DNA from: Azolla caroliniana
Taxonomy: Eukaryota; Plantae; Polypodiophyta
NCBI GenBank assembly: GCA_043228905.1
Contig: JBHGNT010000002.1
Coordinates: 3,968,001 to 4,032,000 of the forward strand
DNA length: 64,000 nt
Direction of reading: 5' to 3'
Shown here: piece after piece, positions 1-12,065 of the stretch
Numbering within the stretch: the stretch's first letter is position 1
Layout of the letters: each line of letters begins with the position of its first letter
Made by a program: the position numbers and the translations under genes
The notes under the pieces: model-generated
Told to the model about the DNA's origin: nothing
The model's database searches: none
What the model saw: the letters and a program-made list of their open reading frames with translations, nothing else

Positions 1-429
1 TAGATAAACACTAGTTGAAGTCATCATTCTTTGTATTGTTATCTTGCCAACGGTTGTTTTATCATATGTCTCACTACTCCATTTTATGCTCTTGTCTCCC
101 CTACACTCTCATTTCTTGGTCTCTTAACTTTGTTTGTCGAATTCCATTATGTCGACCCCCCTTGTTTGTATATATATTTACCTTTAACTTTTCATGAACA
201 ATGATGTATTAATCACAAAGGACTCCAATGAACAATTAAAGATAATATAAATAATCTCATGACCTACATAACTATATTATTTAACAACCACCATAGTTGG
301 TGAATATGGTCTTACCAATATAACTGACATTTGAACCTCCTAAAGCAAAAACAATCATGAAGTTCCTAACAACGAGATTGTCATAGCAACTTAGCTTTCA
401 ACCTCTAAATATGTCTCTACACCCTAGGT

Positions 430-800
430 TGTGCCTCAAAGACAAATTCCTTTCATTTGGGCAAAATATTCCATAACCTCCAATATCTCAAGAAGTGAAA
501 AACCATTTGAACTTGTGATAACATCTCTTATCCAACCAAGGAAACATACATGAAGTGAGGACTTTGAAACCCCATTTATGGAAGCCTTGTATGTATGTAC
601 ATATGTACGTACGTATATATATGGATGGATGTATGTGTATATGGACATATTGTGACACTAGACAAGTGATCAAGGGACGTTTGCTAGGTTCCAATGACAT
701 GGTACAAAAGAAACACATTCCACAAACCCTCTTCTTTAAAGCATCTCCCATGGGTAATAACACCTAGACCATAAGCTCAAAAGAAAAACCTTAGCTCTTA
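430..800 (-). mobile_element. Degenerate L1-type LINE ORF2 C-terminal (zf-RVT) fragment, interrupted by a TATG-type microsatellite (~589-645)
   Basis: Minus-strand translation LPMGDALKKR..CFFC..LE resembles the zf-RVT region of plant L1 LINEs and the fragment at 58640-59290. Boundaries are approximate. Confidence 0.55.
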
Positions 801-1767
801 AAAATGGAAGACAAGAAGGCCAACCCATGCCTAACACACTTTGCAACTCATACCCTCATAACCTTCTCATCCATCCACTCATTCCTATGAATGGTTTTAT
901 GATTTATATTGGGAAGACACCAATGTCCAATCAATTGTAGGTGTAGACTCAAGGAGTTTTAGAATTGTGTTTCACAAAGCTATCACTCCCTATATCTTAG
1001 AACAAATTTACCTATAGTTTCTATAAGTGAGAAATCTCTTCCTAGCTATTCAAAATGTCATTATACTTCATTTAGAATCCAACATGGTGTTCCATACGAT
1101 AATTAACCCAACTTATTGATGGACACATTGGTTCAAGATGGGTGGTGACCAAGAGTTTAGTCATCATCCTCAATATGACTTGATAGATCTTGATCAAATC
1201 TCACTTCGTTGCATCTTCCTTCTTACGACTCACACACACACCACTATACACTCATTTTCCTTATTTGATTAAGCTTCTTTAAGAGATTCTTTTTATTCCC
1301 TCTTAAACCCAACACACTCCAACGAGGGATTTTTCTTAAACATCAAACATATCACTCTTTATTTCTCAATCTCTCATTAAATAAAGTAAGCTTTACAAGA
1401 AACATGCATGTATGGTCATTAAGATGGAATAATCCTTACGACAACAAATCATGACCTTAATGAGTACGATTACATATTAATCTATATAAGATTTCTATAA
1501 CAACCAACAATCCTTAAACCTCTCTCGCTTCTCTTTCTTTCTTCTTCCTTACTTACCTTTCTATAGGTATTCAAGTTTTTCTCTCCTCATGATTGATGTG
1601 ATGGTGAGGAGACCTTTTTGCATTGCAAACCAATTCATGTGCCCTTTGCACTTAATGTTTGGATTGTTTTGATTTACCACTTTTCTTTGGAGTGCATACA
1701 TTGATTCTCACAAGTCATGATCCTTCCTTTATTTTTCTTCACAATTGCTTGTTCAATTAAGGTGATC

Positions 1768-2003
1768 CTATGGTTAGTTTGTTGTTCGTAGGGCTTGTTT
1801 CTCTAGGTTTGTGTATTCCCAAGTACTCTATGGTTAGTTTATTGCTCGTAGGGCTTGCTTCTCTAGTTCGGTGTATTCCCAAGTATTCCATAGTTAGTTT
1901 ATTGTTCCTAGGGCTTGTTTCGCTAGCTCCATGTACTCCCAAGTAATCTATGGTTAGTTTATTGTTCCTCATACTTGTTTCTCTAGCTCCATGTATTTCC
2001 AAC
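1768..2003. repeat. Minisatellite, ~4 copies of a 60-bp unit
   Basis: Unit ~ctatggttagtttattgttcgtagggcttgtttctctagctccatgtattcccaagta recurs in register on four consecutive 60-nt lines. Confidence 0.9.
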
Positions 2004-2290
2004 TGTGACAAGGTGTCAACATATCATGCATCTTGTACTTTTACTACATGTATGAAATTATCGTGTATTTTGAATGTGTATTAGATGTTGTGTATACTAC
2101 TAACATTGCTTTTTATTAAACGAGCAAATAGGATGTTGGGGTACGAGTTCATATAAAGATGGAAAGATGGTCAATTTGTCGTGGAGGAGAATTTTTGTGA
2201 ATGGACGTAAGTAGGGTGGGAAAGAGGCAACGTAAACTCTGAACCTATTAAGGTTGAGGCATGCCCTTTATATTTTGTTAGTTGAAAACG

Positions 2291-2541
2291 TGATTCTATC
2301 TTTCAAGTTCCAATTGCAATTCATTTGGAGGAGTGTGAAGATATATGGTCTTGTTGAGGATTGTTATCTCATCTCGTGCGAGGAAGGTCTAATTATTACC
2401 TAGAGTTGTTTGTCTTTTGAAAAACATGTAAATGTGATTCTCTTTCAAGTTGCAATTGCAACCTATTTGGAGGAGTGTGAAATGATGGACTTGTTGAGGA
2501 TTTCTTATTCCCATCTGATGTGAGGAGAGTCTAATTATTAC
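2291..2541. repeat. Diverged direct duplication (~110-bp copies, period ~143 bp)
   Basis: gtgattct..tttcaagtt.caattgcaa...atttggaggagtgtgaa...cttgttgaggatt...gtctaattattac occurs at ~2291 and ~2434. Confidence 0.75.
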
Positions 2542-3765
2542 TCTACATCCATTTTCCTTTGTCCTTTTTTTTTTTATTCAAATGGTATTTTGACCCTTTT
2601 CTTCGGGGTCATTTACAAGGTTCAAAAAAAGATTCTTTTGACTGTAAATCTTTCATATTTTTTCTAGATATTTGTTGTCAAATCTTGATTACATGATCTA
2701 GTGGTTGCAATGTTTTCAAATGTCTACACTCTAATAATTGTACATTCAATACATATGCAACTATACATAATTATACTTGGTGCCATTTCACAATTGAGGA
2801 TAGTGTAAACTTATAAGTGTCGGATCATGTGTGTCATCTCATCCATAAAAAAACCCAAAATGCTTGCAATGGACCAAAATGTCATAAGACCATACCACAA
2901 AATAAATAATCACCTGTGAATGAGCATTAAAAGTTTACTGTTAATCATCGTTGAGCAAATGCTAATGCCCCAATCAAGTACAAATAATTTATAGTGGAGC
3001 ACTAATAAGTTCCACTTGTCGCACCTATACACACCAAGTTAATGGTAACATCATATCCCATTAATCACAAATCACCTCCAGTTGAGTTGGACACATCTTA
3101 TTTGAGGTTAATCATCTCTACTTTAGTTTTTGGAAGAAATAAATCATCTCTACTTTAATATTAATTAAGTACAATAGGATGCAAACTATTGCTTCACATT
3201 TTTTATCGGTTTCAAACTTTGAATGGTGCTTTGTGAATTTTGAGAGCAAATAACAGTAAAATGTTAGTTACTTCATTGTTCATTTTATCCCTCATAAATT
3301 ACACAACAATGACAATTGGATATTGTTGTACAATAGCAAGATTAATATCCATGAATGTGCAACATAAACTATGTGATATATACTTATTCATATGAATAAC
3401 CCTAATACTCAATTTGATGATGTGTCATCGCTTTGTCATCTACGTTCATTCTATGCAATTTCTTTGGGTTGGGTTGTATTAACGAAGCACAATACTCTCT
3501 CCAAATATCTTGATTTGTTTTTTTCCCACTGTTGAGGATAGTGCTTTGTAGCAATTGTTCGTGTCTTTGGATTTGGCTTGCATTACCGAAGCACAATACT
3601 CTCTCTCTCTCTCTCAAACTCTTGATTATGTTTTCTTTTTGTTCCATTATTGGAGAGAGTGGTTTGTAGCAATTGTTGGAACTTGGTTCCTTGGTTCATG
3701 TCCCTCGAACTCCCTCCCTCCAGGCTCCCCTCCATGTGGTTAAAATATCTTTATAATCAACGTCA

Positions 3766-3813
<48 letters not shown>

Positions 3814-4498
3814 CATGTGTGCATCACACATCATATCATCATATAGGATATATAGGGATGTACCTCATCTCATCGTCATTGTCGTCACTAATCTCGTGTA
3901 TTGTCATCACATTTACTCTCAACATTATTCTTCCTTAGATGTATAAATAGATGAGACTTCTTGTCATATCATAGGCCATTCTTGCCTCTAGACTCTAGAG
4001 AAGTTTTATGTTTTGTAGGCCACAATTGTCAATGACCTCTTTGTAGGAGTTAATACGCCACTACTTCTTCTCTCACTCACTCCCCTATAATATGTTTACT
4101 TACATAAATAATATTGCATATAAAACCACATATCTTGTCGTCATCATCATTGAGCACAACCATCATCAAACTTATTTTATGCATTATTTGTTCCATATTG
4201 CTTACTCAAAGGACACTAATTGGTTATTTGTTTTATATAACACTTGAATGAGACTAATATTGAAATATCTATTGTACTATTGACATGAGGAGTCTCATGG
4301 GGCTTTGGGATGAGTGAACATGGCTAGTGTTGCTCAAGCGCATACTTGATTAAGCTTCCATGTTATGCATTTAAGCAAACTACTTTATTTTATTACCAAT
4401 TGGATATCTTATGTTTAGGGCTTAATCGGTCCTAAGTGAATCATGTGACAAAAGCTTACATATTGCTTCGCTAAACATGGAGAGAAATGGGATAATTG

Positions 4499-5116
4499 TG
4501 TTGGGATTACGGTCCCTCCGGATGGGATGGTCAGACCTACGGAGCCGGATGATGAAGACCCCGGCTACGGAGCCGGATGATGAAGACCCCGACTACGGAG
4601 CCGGATGATGAAGACCCCGGCTACGGAGCCGGATGACGAATGTACCCGGAGAGAGATCCGGATGCGGGGACATATTTGTGAATATGTTTGGCAAGGGCCC
4701 CCGAGGCTATATTTGTAAATAGCCCGAAAGTCATATGTGTATAAATATGACTTAGGGCAAACAGTTTGTTGTTGTTGCTCATTTTTTTCTGTTTTCCACT
4801 TAGAGGGAGCGAAGTGAGAGCAGCCGAGAGAGAGAGAGAGAGAGAGAGAAAGGAAGAGGTCGACGCCTCTGTGTAATACCGCCGCCTGTGGCGAGGACAG
4901 CGAGCTCAAGGTCGTCGCCTTGCAGCTCGCCATTGTACATTCCTTGTGCATAGTGAAAGTTGGAGTCTGAGGACTCCCGTGGTTTTTCCCATTTAGGGTT
5001 TTCCACGTAAAACATCCTGTGTACTCTTCTCTCTATTGTCTTCGTGCATTTTGGTATTTCCTGTTTTCTGTGAGTTGATCCTATTCCTCGGTTGCGGCCG
5101 AGCACTGTGTTTAAAA
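4499..5116 (+). repeat. 5' LTR (618 bp)
   Basis: Begins TGTTGGGATTAC; contains 3 full plus 1 partial 28-bp units and (GA)12; ends TTTAAAA, where the 3' LTR has TTTAACA. Confidence 0.95.
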
Positions 5117-5119
5117 AAC

Positions 5120-5131
5120 TGGTATCAGAGC
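5120..5131 (+). promoter_or_regulatory. Primer binding site (tRNA-iMet)
   Basis: TGGTATCAGAGC, 3 nt after the 5' LTR; the canonical plant initiator-Met PBS. Confidence 0.93.
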
Positions 5132-5147
5132 AAGGTTAACACAGAAA

Positions 5148-8100
5148 ATGGAAGGCGGCGGTAGTGGGCCTCCGGGCATGATGGTGTTGAACTCACAGAA
5201 CTACGCCGATTGGAAGATAAAGATGGAAGACCTTCTCATCGTCCGAGACCTGTACGAACCGATCGACAATGCCGAGATACCCAAGGGGGTAATAGAGTCG
5301 GAGTGGAAGCTCCTGAACCGGAAAGCTGTAGCGACGATCCGGCAATATGTCGATGTAAGTGTTCTACAACATGTGGCGAACGATACGAACGCCTATGAGA
5401 TGTGGCAGAAGCTGTCCGGACTGTATGAGAGGAAGAATGCTCTGACCCGGACCTCCCTGATGAGGAAGATAGTGAATCTTAAGTACCGGGACGGCGAGAG
5501 CATGGTCGAACACGTCAGCACGTTCATGGGATTCGTGAACCAGCTTGCGGCGATCAAGTTCCCGTTGGATGACGCAATGCAAGCCATCATGCTGATGTGT
5601 ACCCTTCCGGAGAGCTGGGAGAACTTGGTAGTTACTCTCAGCACCTCCTGTAAGGAAGAGAACTTGTCTTTACTAACGGTAAAGACAAGTATTCTAAATG
5701 AAGAAGCGCGTCGGAGAGATAAAGAACCGGCCTCCGACTCGAAGGCGCTGCTTACCGAATCGGAACGGGGAAGACAACGGAACCGGAGTCCGCAAAGACG
5801 GGAGAAGTCGGGGACACGGTCGCAGTCGAGGGGAAGACCTACATGCTTCTACTGTGGGAAGCCGGGGCACTTCCAGAAGAACTGTCGGCATTTCCGGAAA
5901 GACAACGGAACCGACGGTACCGATTCGAAGAAGTCACCGGAGCGAAACGGTGCATACCGGGGAGCCACGGACCGGAGAGGTCCGGATCGGCGAGGGCAGG
6001 ACCGGAAAGGAACGACGACACTCGCGGCAAGTGAAGAAGAGATAATGCTCATTACCGAAGAGAGGGAGCTGAACCTTGCCGGTGAAGAGATGACCTGGGT
6101 GGTCGATTCCGGAGCGTCGTTCCACCTGACCCCGGAGAAGAAATACTTCTCATCCTACACAGCCGGTGAGCACGGCTGTGTCCGGATGGGAAATGAAGGT
6201 ACATGCCGGATTGCCGGCATAGGAGACATGTGGCTGATGACATCAACCGGATGCAAGATGCTGCTGAAGGATGTTCGACACGTTCCGGAGGTTCGATTGA
6301 ACCTGATTTCGGCCGGGAGGCTAGACGATGAAGGCTACACGGGTAGCATCCGGAACGGTGTCATGAAGTTCAGCAAAGGGAGCCTGATAGTGGCTCGGGC
6401 CCGGAAGGTCAACACACTGTACCTGATGAATTCCCGGCTATGTCCGGAGGAGCTGAACGTGGCAGCTGACACTACCGGTGAGCTGTGGCACAAGAGACTG
6501 TGCCACATGAGCGAGAAGGGGATGAAGAGGCTTGCCGAAGACAACCTGATACCGGTAAAGCACGTACACCTGGGGAAGTGTACAGACTGTCTGGCCGGTA
6601 AGCAAAACCGGACCTCCTTTCGCTCAAGACCACCGATGAGACGTAGTGTACCATTGGAGTTGGTACACACTGATGTGTGTCAGGTAGAAACGAAGTCACA
6701 TGGCAGAGCCCAGTACTTCGTAACATTCATAGATGACCATAGCCGGAAGCTGTGGACGGCACCGTTGAAGACAAAGGACCAAGTATTGTCCGTCTTCAAA
6801 GAACTCCACGCGAGAGTGGAAAGAGAATCCGGCAAGAAGCTGAAAGCACTACGAGCGGATAACGGAGGGGAATACCGGGGGCAGTTCCAGGAGTACTGTC
6901 GCTCGAAGGGAATCCGGCTCGAGTTTACTGTGCCGAAGACGCCGGAACTGAACGGGCTGGCCGAGAGGATGAACCGGACCATAATGGAGAGGGTCCGGAG
7001 TATGCTGGCGCATGCGAAATTACCCAAGGGGTTTTGGGCCGAGGCAATGTCGACGGCGACATACGTGATAAACAGATCACCCTCAGTACCTTTGGACGGA
7101 GACACGCCGCAGAGAGTGTGGACCGGTAGGGAAGTATCCTACCGGCATCTGAAGGTGTTCGGGTGTCTCGCATATGTGCATGTGGCAAAGGACCGGAGAG
7201 GAAAGCTAGATCCAAAGACCCGGCCATGCATATTCCTCGGTTACGGCGATGACGAGTTCGACTACCGAGTATGGGACCCGGTCGACGAAAAGATATTCCG
7301 GAGTCGTGATATCATCTTCATGGAGGACAAGACACTCGCCGACTGGGAGTCGGAGAAGAAGATGAAGAGCTCCAAGTCGACCGGTGAGGATCAACTCTAC
7401 GAGGAGCAGTCCCGACCGGCAAGGGACCGGTTAGCACTCGAGGATCCGGCCGAAGACGGTGAAGAAACAGAACCGGCCGAGGAAGATGAAACTGATACCG
7501 GAACCGGCCCCGATCCCGAAATGGATTCGGATGAAGAGGAAACGGAGGAGCCGGTTACCGAAGCTCCGGAACGGAGATATCCTCTAAGAGAGAGAAGGGC
7601 CCCCCGGAGATTTCCGGAACAAGAGCACGTGCTGTTAACCGACGAGGGGGAGCCGGAGAGTTTTGAAGAAGCAAAGCTTGACACCCATAGCCGCAGGTGG
7701 TTAAGTGCCATGCAGGAGGAGATGGATTCCCTGCATGAGAACCACACATATGAACTTGTGGAGTTGCCGAAAGGAAAGCGGGCACTTCGAAACAAGTGGG
7801 TGTTCAAGCTGAAACCGGGAGATGCCGGAAACCCCCCGAGATACAAAGCCAGGATCGTGGTGAAGGGGTTCCAGCAGAAGAAGGGCGTCGACTTCGACGA
7901 GATATTTGCCCCGGTAGTGAAGATGACCTCCATCCGGACGGTGCTGAGCATAGCGGCAAGCATGGACCTCGAGGTAGAACAGATGGACGTGAAGACGGCA
8001 TTCCTTCACGGTGACCTCGAAGAAGAGATCTACATGCAGCAACCGGAAGGATTCGTGAAGAAAGGGAAGGAGCACCTGGTATGCCGGTTGAAGAAGAGCC

Positions 8101-9221
8101 TTTACGGACTGAAGCAGGCTCCCCGGCAATGGTACCGGAAGTTCGACTCGTTCATGACCGACGAAGGGTACCACAAAACGCAGTCCGATCACTGCGTGTT
8201 TGTGAAGAAGTTCGAAGGAGGAGACTTTCTAATACTCCTCCTGTACGTGGACGACATGTTGATCGTCGGACGGGACCAGGTCAAGATACGGATGCTGAAG
8301 AAAGCGCTTCACCGAACCTTCTCAATGAAGGACCTGGGTCCGGCAAGGCAAATACTAGGGATGCACATCATCCGGGACCGGAAGAAGAAGCAGTTGTGGC
8401 TGTCACAGGAGAAGTACGTGACAAAGGTGCTTCACCGGTTCAACATGTCGGAAGCAAGACCGGTCGGGTCAACCCTCCCGGCAAACTGCAGGTTGTCCAG
8501 CAAGCAAAGCCCCAAGACAAAGGCTGAGAAGGAGGACATGATGAAAGTACCATATGCCTCTGCCGTCGGAAGCTTGATGTACGCAATGGTGTGTACAAGA
8601 CCGGACATAGGATATGCAGTCGGAGTGGTGAGCCGGTACATGAGCAATCCCGGCAAAGAGCACTGGAACGCGGCCAAGTGGATACTCTGATACCTGAAGG
8701 GCACGACAAACGTGTGCCTCCGATTCGGCTTCGGTAAGCCCGAACTCGACGGCTTTACCGATTCGGATATGTCGGCTGATGCAGATACCAGCCGGTCCAC
8801 ATCAGGGTATGTGATGACGTATGCAGGGGGAGCTGTTTCGTGGCAGTCGAGGCTGCAGAAGACGGTTGCGTTGTCAACCACGGAGGCGGAGTACATGGCG
8901 GCTGTTGAAGCCAGCAAGGAAATAATATGGATGAAGGACTTCATTAGAGAGCTCGGTATCCGGCAGGAGGAGTACCGACTCTACTGCGACAGTCAGAGTG
9001 CCATCCACCTTGCGAAGAATGCGGCCTATCACTCCCGGACGAAGCACATCCAGCGAAGATATCACTGGATCCGGGAAAGGATAGAAGACCGGGAGTTCGT
9101 GCTGACGAAGATCCACACGGACGAGAACGGGTCAGATATGCTGACCAAAGTGCTCACACCCGACAAGCTGGAAGCGTGCCGGAAGAGGGTCGGACTGGAA
9201 AGACATCCCATGCCGAAGTGA
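5148..9221 (+). pseudogene. Copia gag-pol polyprotein with one in-frame stop (TGA 8688-8690) before RNase H
   Basis: ORF 5148-8690 has a Zn knuckle (CFYCGKPGHFQKNC), protease (WVVDSGAS), GAG-pre-integrase (LWHKRLCH), integrase (VHTD..RADNGGEY..AERMNRT) and RT (LLYVDDM). The same frame continues after the stop (KWIL*YLKG...FTDSD..STTEAEY..CDSQSAI..SDMLTK) to TGA at 9219-9221. Confidence 0.93.
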
Positions 9222-9229
9222 AGGGGGAG
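9215..9229 (+). promoter_or_regulatory. Polypurine tract
   Basis: GAAGTGAAGGGGGAG immediately upstream of the 3' LTR, overlapping the pol stop codon. Confidence 0.85.
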
Positions 9230-9231
9230 TT

Positions 9232-9528
9232 TGTTGGGATTACGGTCCCTCCGGATGGGATGGTCAGACCTACGGAGCCGGATGATGAAGACCCCGGCTA
9301 CGGAGCCGGATGATGAAGACCCCGACTACGGAGCCGGATGACGAATGTACCAGGAGAGAGATCTGGATGCGGGGACATATTTGTGAATATGTTTGGCAAG
9401 GGCCCCCGAGGCTATATTTGTAAATAGCCCGAAAGTCATATGTGTATAAATATGACTTAGGGCAAACAGTTTGTTGTTGTTGCTCATTTTTTTCTGTTTT
9501 CCACTTAGAGGGAGCGAAGTGAGAGCAG

Positions 9529-9586
<58 letters not shown>

Positions 9587-9847
9587 GAGGTCGACGCCTC
9601 TGTGTAATACCGCCGCCTGTGGCGAGGACAGCGAGCTCAAGGTCGTCGCCTTGCAGCTCGCCATTGTACATTCCTTGTGCATAGTGAAAGTTGGAGTCTG
9701 AGGACTCCCGTGGTTTTTCCCATTTAGGGTTTTCCACGTAAAACATCCTGTGTACTCTTCTCTCTATTGTCTTCGTGCATTTTGGTATTTCCTGTTTTCT
9801 GTGAGTTGATCCTATTCCTCGGTTGCGGCCGAGCACTGTGTTTAACA
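9232..9847 (+). repeat. 3' LTR (616 bp)
   Basis: TGTTGGGAT...TTTAACA; 2 full plus 1 partial 28-bp units and (GA)25; otherwise ~3 substitutions versus the 5' LTR. Confidence 0.95.
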
Positions 9848-10719
9848 AATTGAACTTGAAAACATTGGCAGACCCACCTTTGTAAGTTTCAACTATTTAA
9901 TACATCAATGGAAGAGTTACCATCCAAGGCTTGTATTATCTCCTTTTATAATCAAAGTAGGAGGGTGTGTTACATTTGAATTAGTGAAGAGAAAAAAGAG
10001 TATGAGATTAATGAGAAGAATAGGTTAAGGGTGCTTAACCCCACCAACTACCCCCGAGTGAAGAACACAAGACAAACATAAAATATCATCGATGTCCCAT
10101 GACATTGAATATTACCGCATGTTATATCTTGGTTGTTGAATAATGAATATGACGAAGAGAGCTTAGAATCACGAATGGAGTTTGAACGACATCTCCAAAT
10201 GTTGTAATGAAGCATGCAGCTAGTTCCCTTTATATAGCCCACCACATGTTTGCACATTGCTAGCTATAGTGGAGGAAAATGTTGGGAATCACGTTTATGA
10301 TAAGTCAAAGTTGTGTTCATAGAAGTAGCAAGGATGAGTTTTAGCTTCATGTGAATCAAAACAACAAAAAGCTATAGTTCAATTTGCGAGAGTTAACTAC
10401 ATCAAACTCGATTCGGCCATTGGCATGCAACAAAGTGGTTTAGTGGTAATGGCGCTAAATAAAATAGAAAAAAATCTATGTATATCAATCTACAACACAA
10501 AGTGTTGAAGGAGAATTGTTAGTATATCGATTTTGTTTTTTTCCATTGTTTCTCCTTAGGGGTGACAAATGGACAAAAGTGATCTACAATAAGCAAGGTG
10601 TATGAGCGAGGTATGTTATAAAGACAAAAAAGGAAATTATAAATTTTGAGTCAATTGAGTCTTGAGAACGTCGAGTGCTACAAAAAGAAACTTACTATTT
10701 TAGTAGATGGGCTTCAGTG

Positions 10720-12065
10720 AATTAGAATTTTTATTGTCCATAAAGAGGCCAAATTTGACCTATGGGACTAGAGTATACATGTGTTATTGATATGTGTCTC
10801 CTTCCTAAGAAGGGGTATTCACACATTGAAGCACAAGGTCTATATGTGTGAATAAAGCATACACATATGAGCTCAACCTTCTCGGTGGTGTCTTAAGTAT
10901 GGGATTTAAGTTATCACTCCCTCTTAGTATGTCAACATATCTTGAACGAATTGCACTATATGTCGCACATGTGAAGAACAAGTGACATTCATCCTCTACC
11001 ATGCCTTCATAGCATACTTTGCATGTCTTCAAATTAGTTACATTTTGATACCATGATGCAACTTCAATACCTAACTTGTAAGGGCTCTACGAGCATTACT
11101 ACTCATATCGGTAATGAGATAAGGTTGGATATGATCAATAAGCATTCTTGTTTTATATTAAGACCAACATTCAGGGTTGACATTTGCAATGTAGTATTCT
11201 AGCATTTTCCTCTTAGCATCTTTCCACTTCATCCTTAATGATTCCATCAAGCTTTCCTCGATCATTACATTCTTCATAGCATTGCCCGAAAGCTCTAAAA
11301 GATCATCCAAACCCCATCTTCTAAACCATTGCCTTATGTCAACAATCCAACCGGATGAGAGAATCTTACTTTTACGATTCTTTTGTAGCTTACATCCAAC
11401 ATTCCAAGCAATATGTGGTAATCGATGATTCGGCATATTCTTGACTTTTGTAATGTATTTCTATACTCTTTGGAGTGCCAACAGTTCTATGGGTCGAACA
11501 CCAATTTCTAAGAGCATAACCTGGTAAGAGGTAGTGCATTTAACTCCTAATCGCCTCCTTAAAAACATCTTTTGAATTTTCTCAATCTGATTCCATGCAT
11601 TGAGAGAGATGGTGCCACCCCATACGTCTACTCCATAAAGCAATACTTGAGTTACCATGGCATTGAACAACATTAGTTTTACTTCCCATCCACAATTATC
11701 ACTTTGGTTGCATTGGTTCTCCAAAAGGTAATACAATTTCCAACCGGCTTGGAGCCTAGAATCAAAGCATGCACTCAATTTATTTGTGGCAGGTACATCA
11801 ATACCAAGATATTTAAAGCTTCAAACAAATTGTATATGTTCATCTCTATATGTGAGCATAATGATGAGGTTGTATGGTTTCATTGCTAGTCCACTATTAT
11901 GGCAAAATTCTTCTAATACCCCAAGTAAATTTTGCATACTATCAACATCGTGCGAGAAGAGTACCACATCATCTTCATATAGAAGCAATAAGATAACATG
12001 TTGCATCAATTTGGGGGAATTCAATCCTTCTTCTCTTGCAACCTTATTCACCACTGTGAAATAAG
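10720..12065 (-). mobile_element. 5'-truncated, frameshifted non-L1 LINE (RTE/RTEX/L2-like) with RT C-terminal half, Zn-finger and 3' tail
   Basis: Successive minus-strand ORFs give LLLYEDDVVLFS (YADD-like motif), LLYGVDVWG, and C-terminal CKVC..VEDECHLFFTC, followed by a 3' UTR with AATAAA near 10735. Confidence 0.8.

Larger units (their letters stand above)
4499..9847 (+). mobile_element. Full-length Ty1/copia LTR retrotransposon, recent insertion
   Basis: LTRs 4499-5116 and 9232-9847, TG...CA outer termini, 5-bp TSD AATTG (4494-4498 and 9848-9852), PBS TGGTATCAGAGC at 5120-5131, PPT just before the 3' LTR, and copia domain order gag-PR-IN-RT-RH. Confidence 0.98.

Noticed and set aside
4537-4640. 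Short direct repeats reminiscent of a CRISPR array
   Set aside because: The units are contiguous with no unique spacers, lie inside a eukaryotic LTR, and there are no cas genes.
5210-9116. Numerous antisense and alternative-frame ORFs over the copia pol (up to 188 aa)
   Set aside because: Expected from high GC and a long sense ORF; no recognisable domains.
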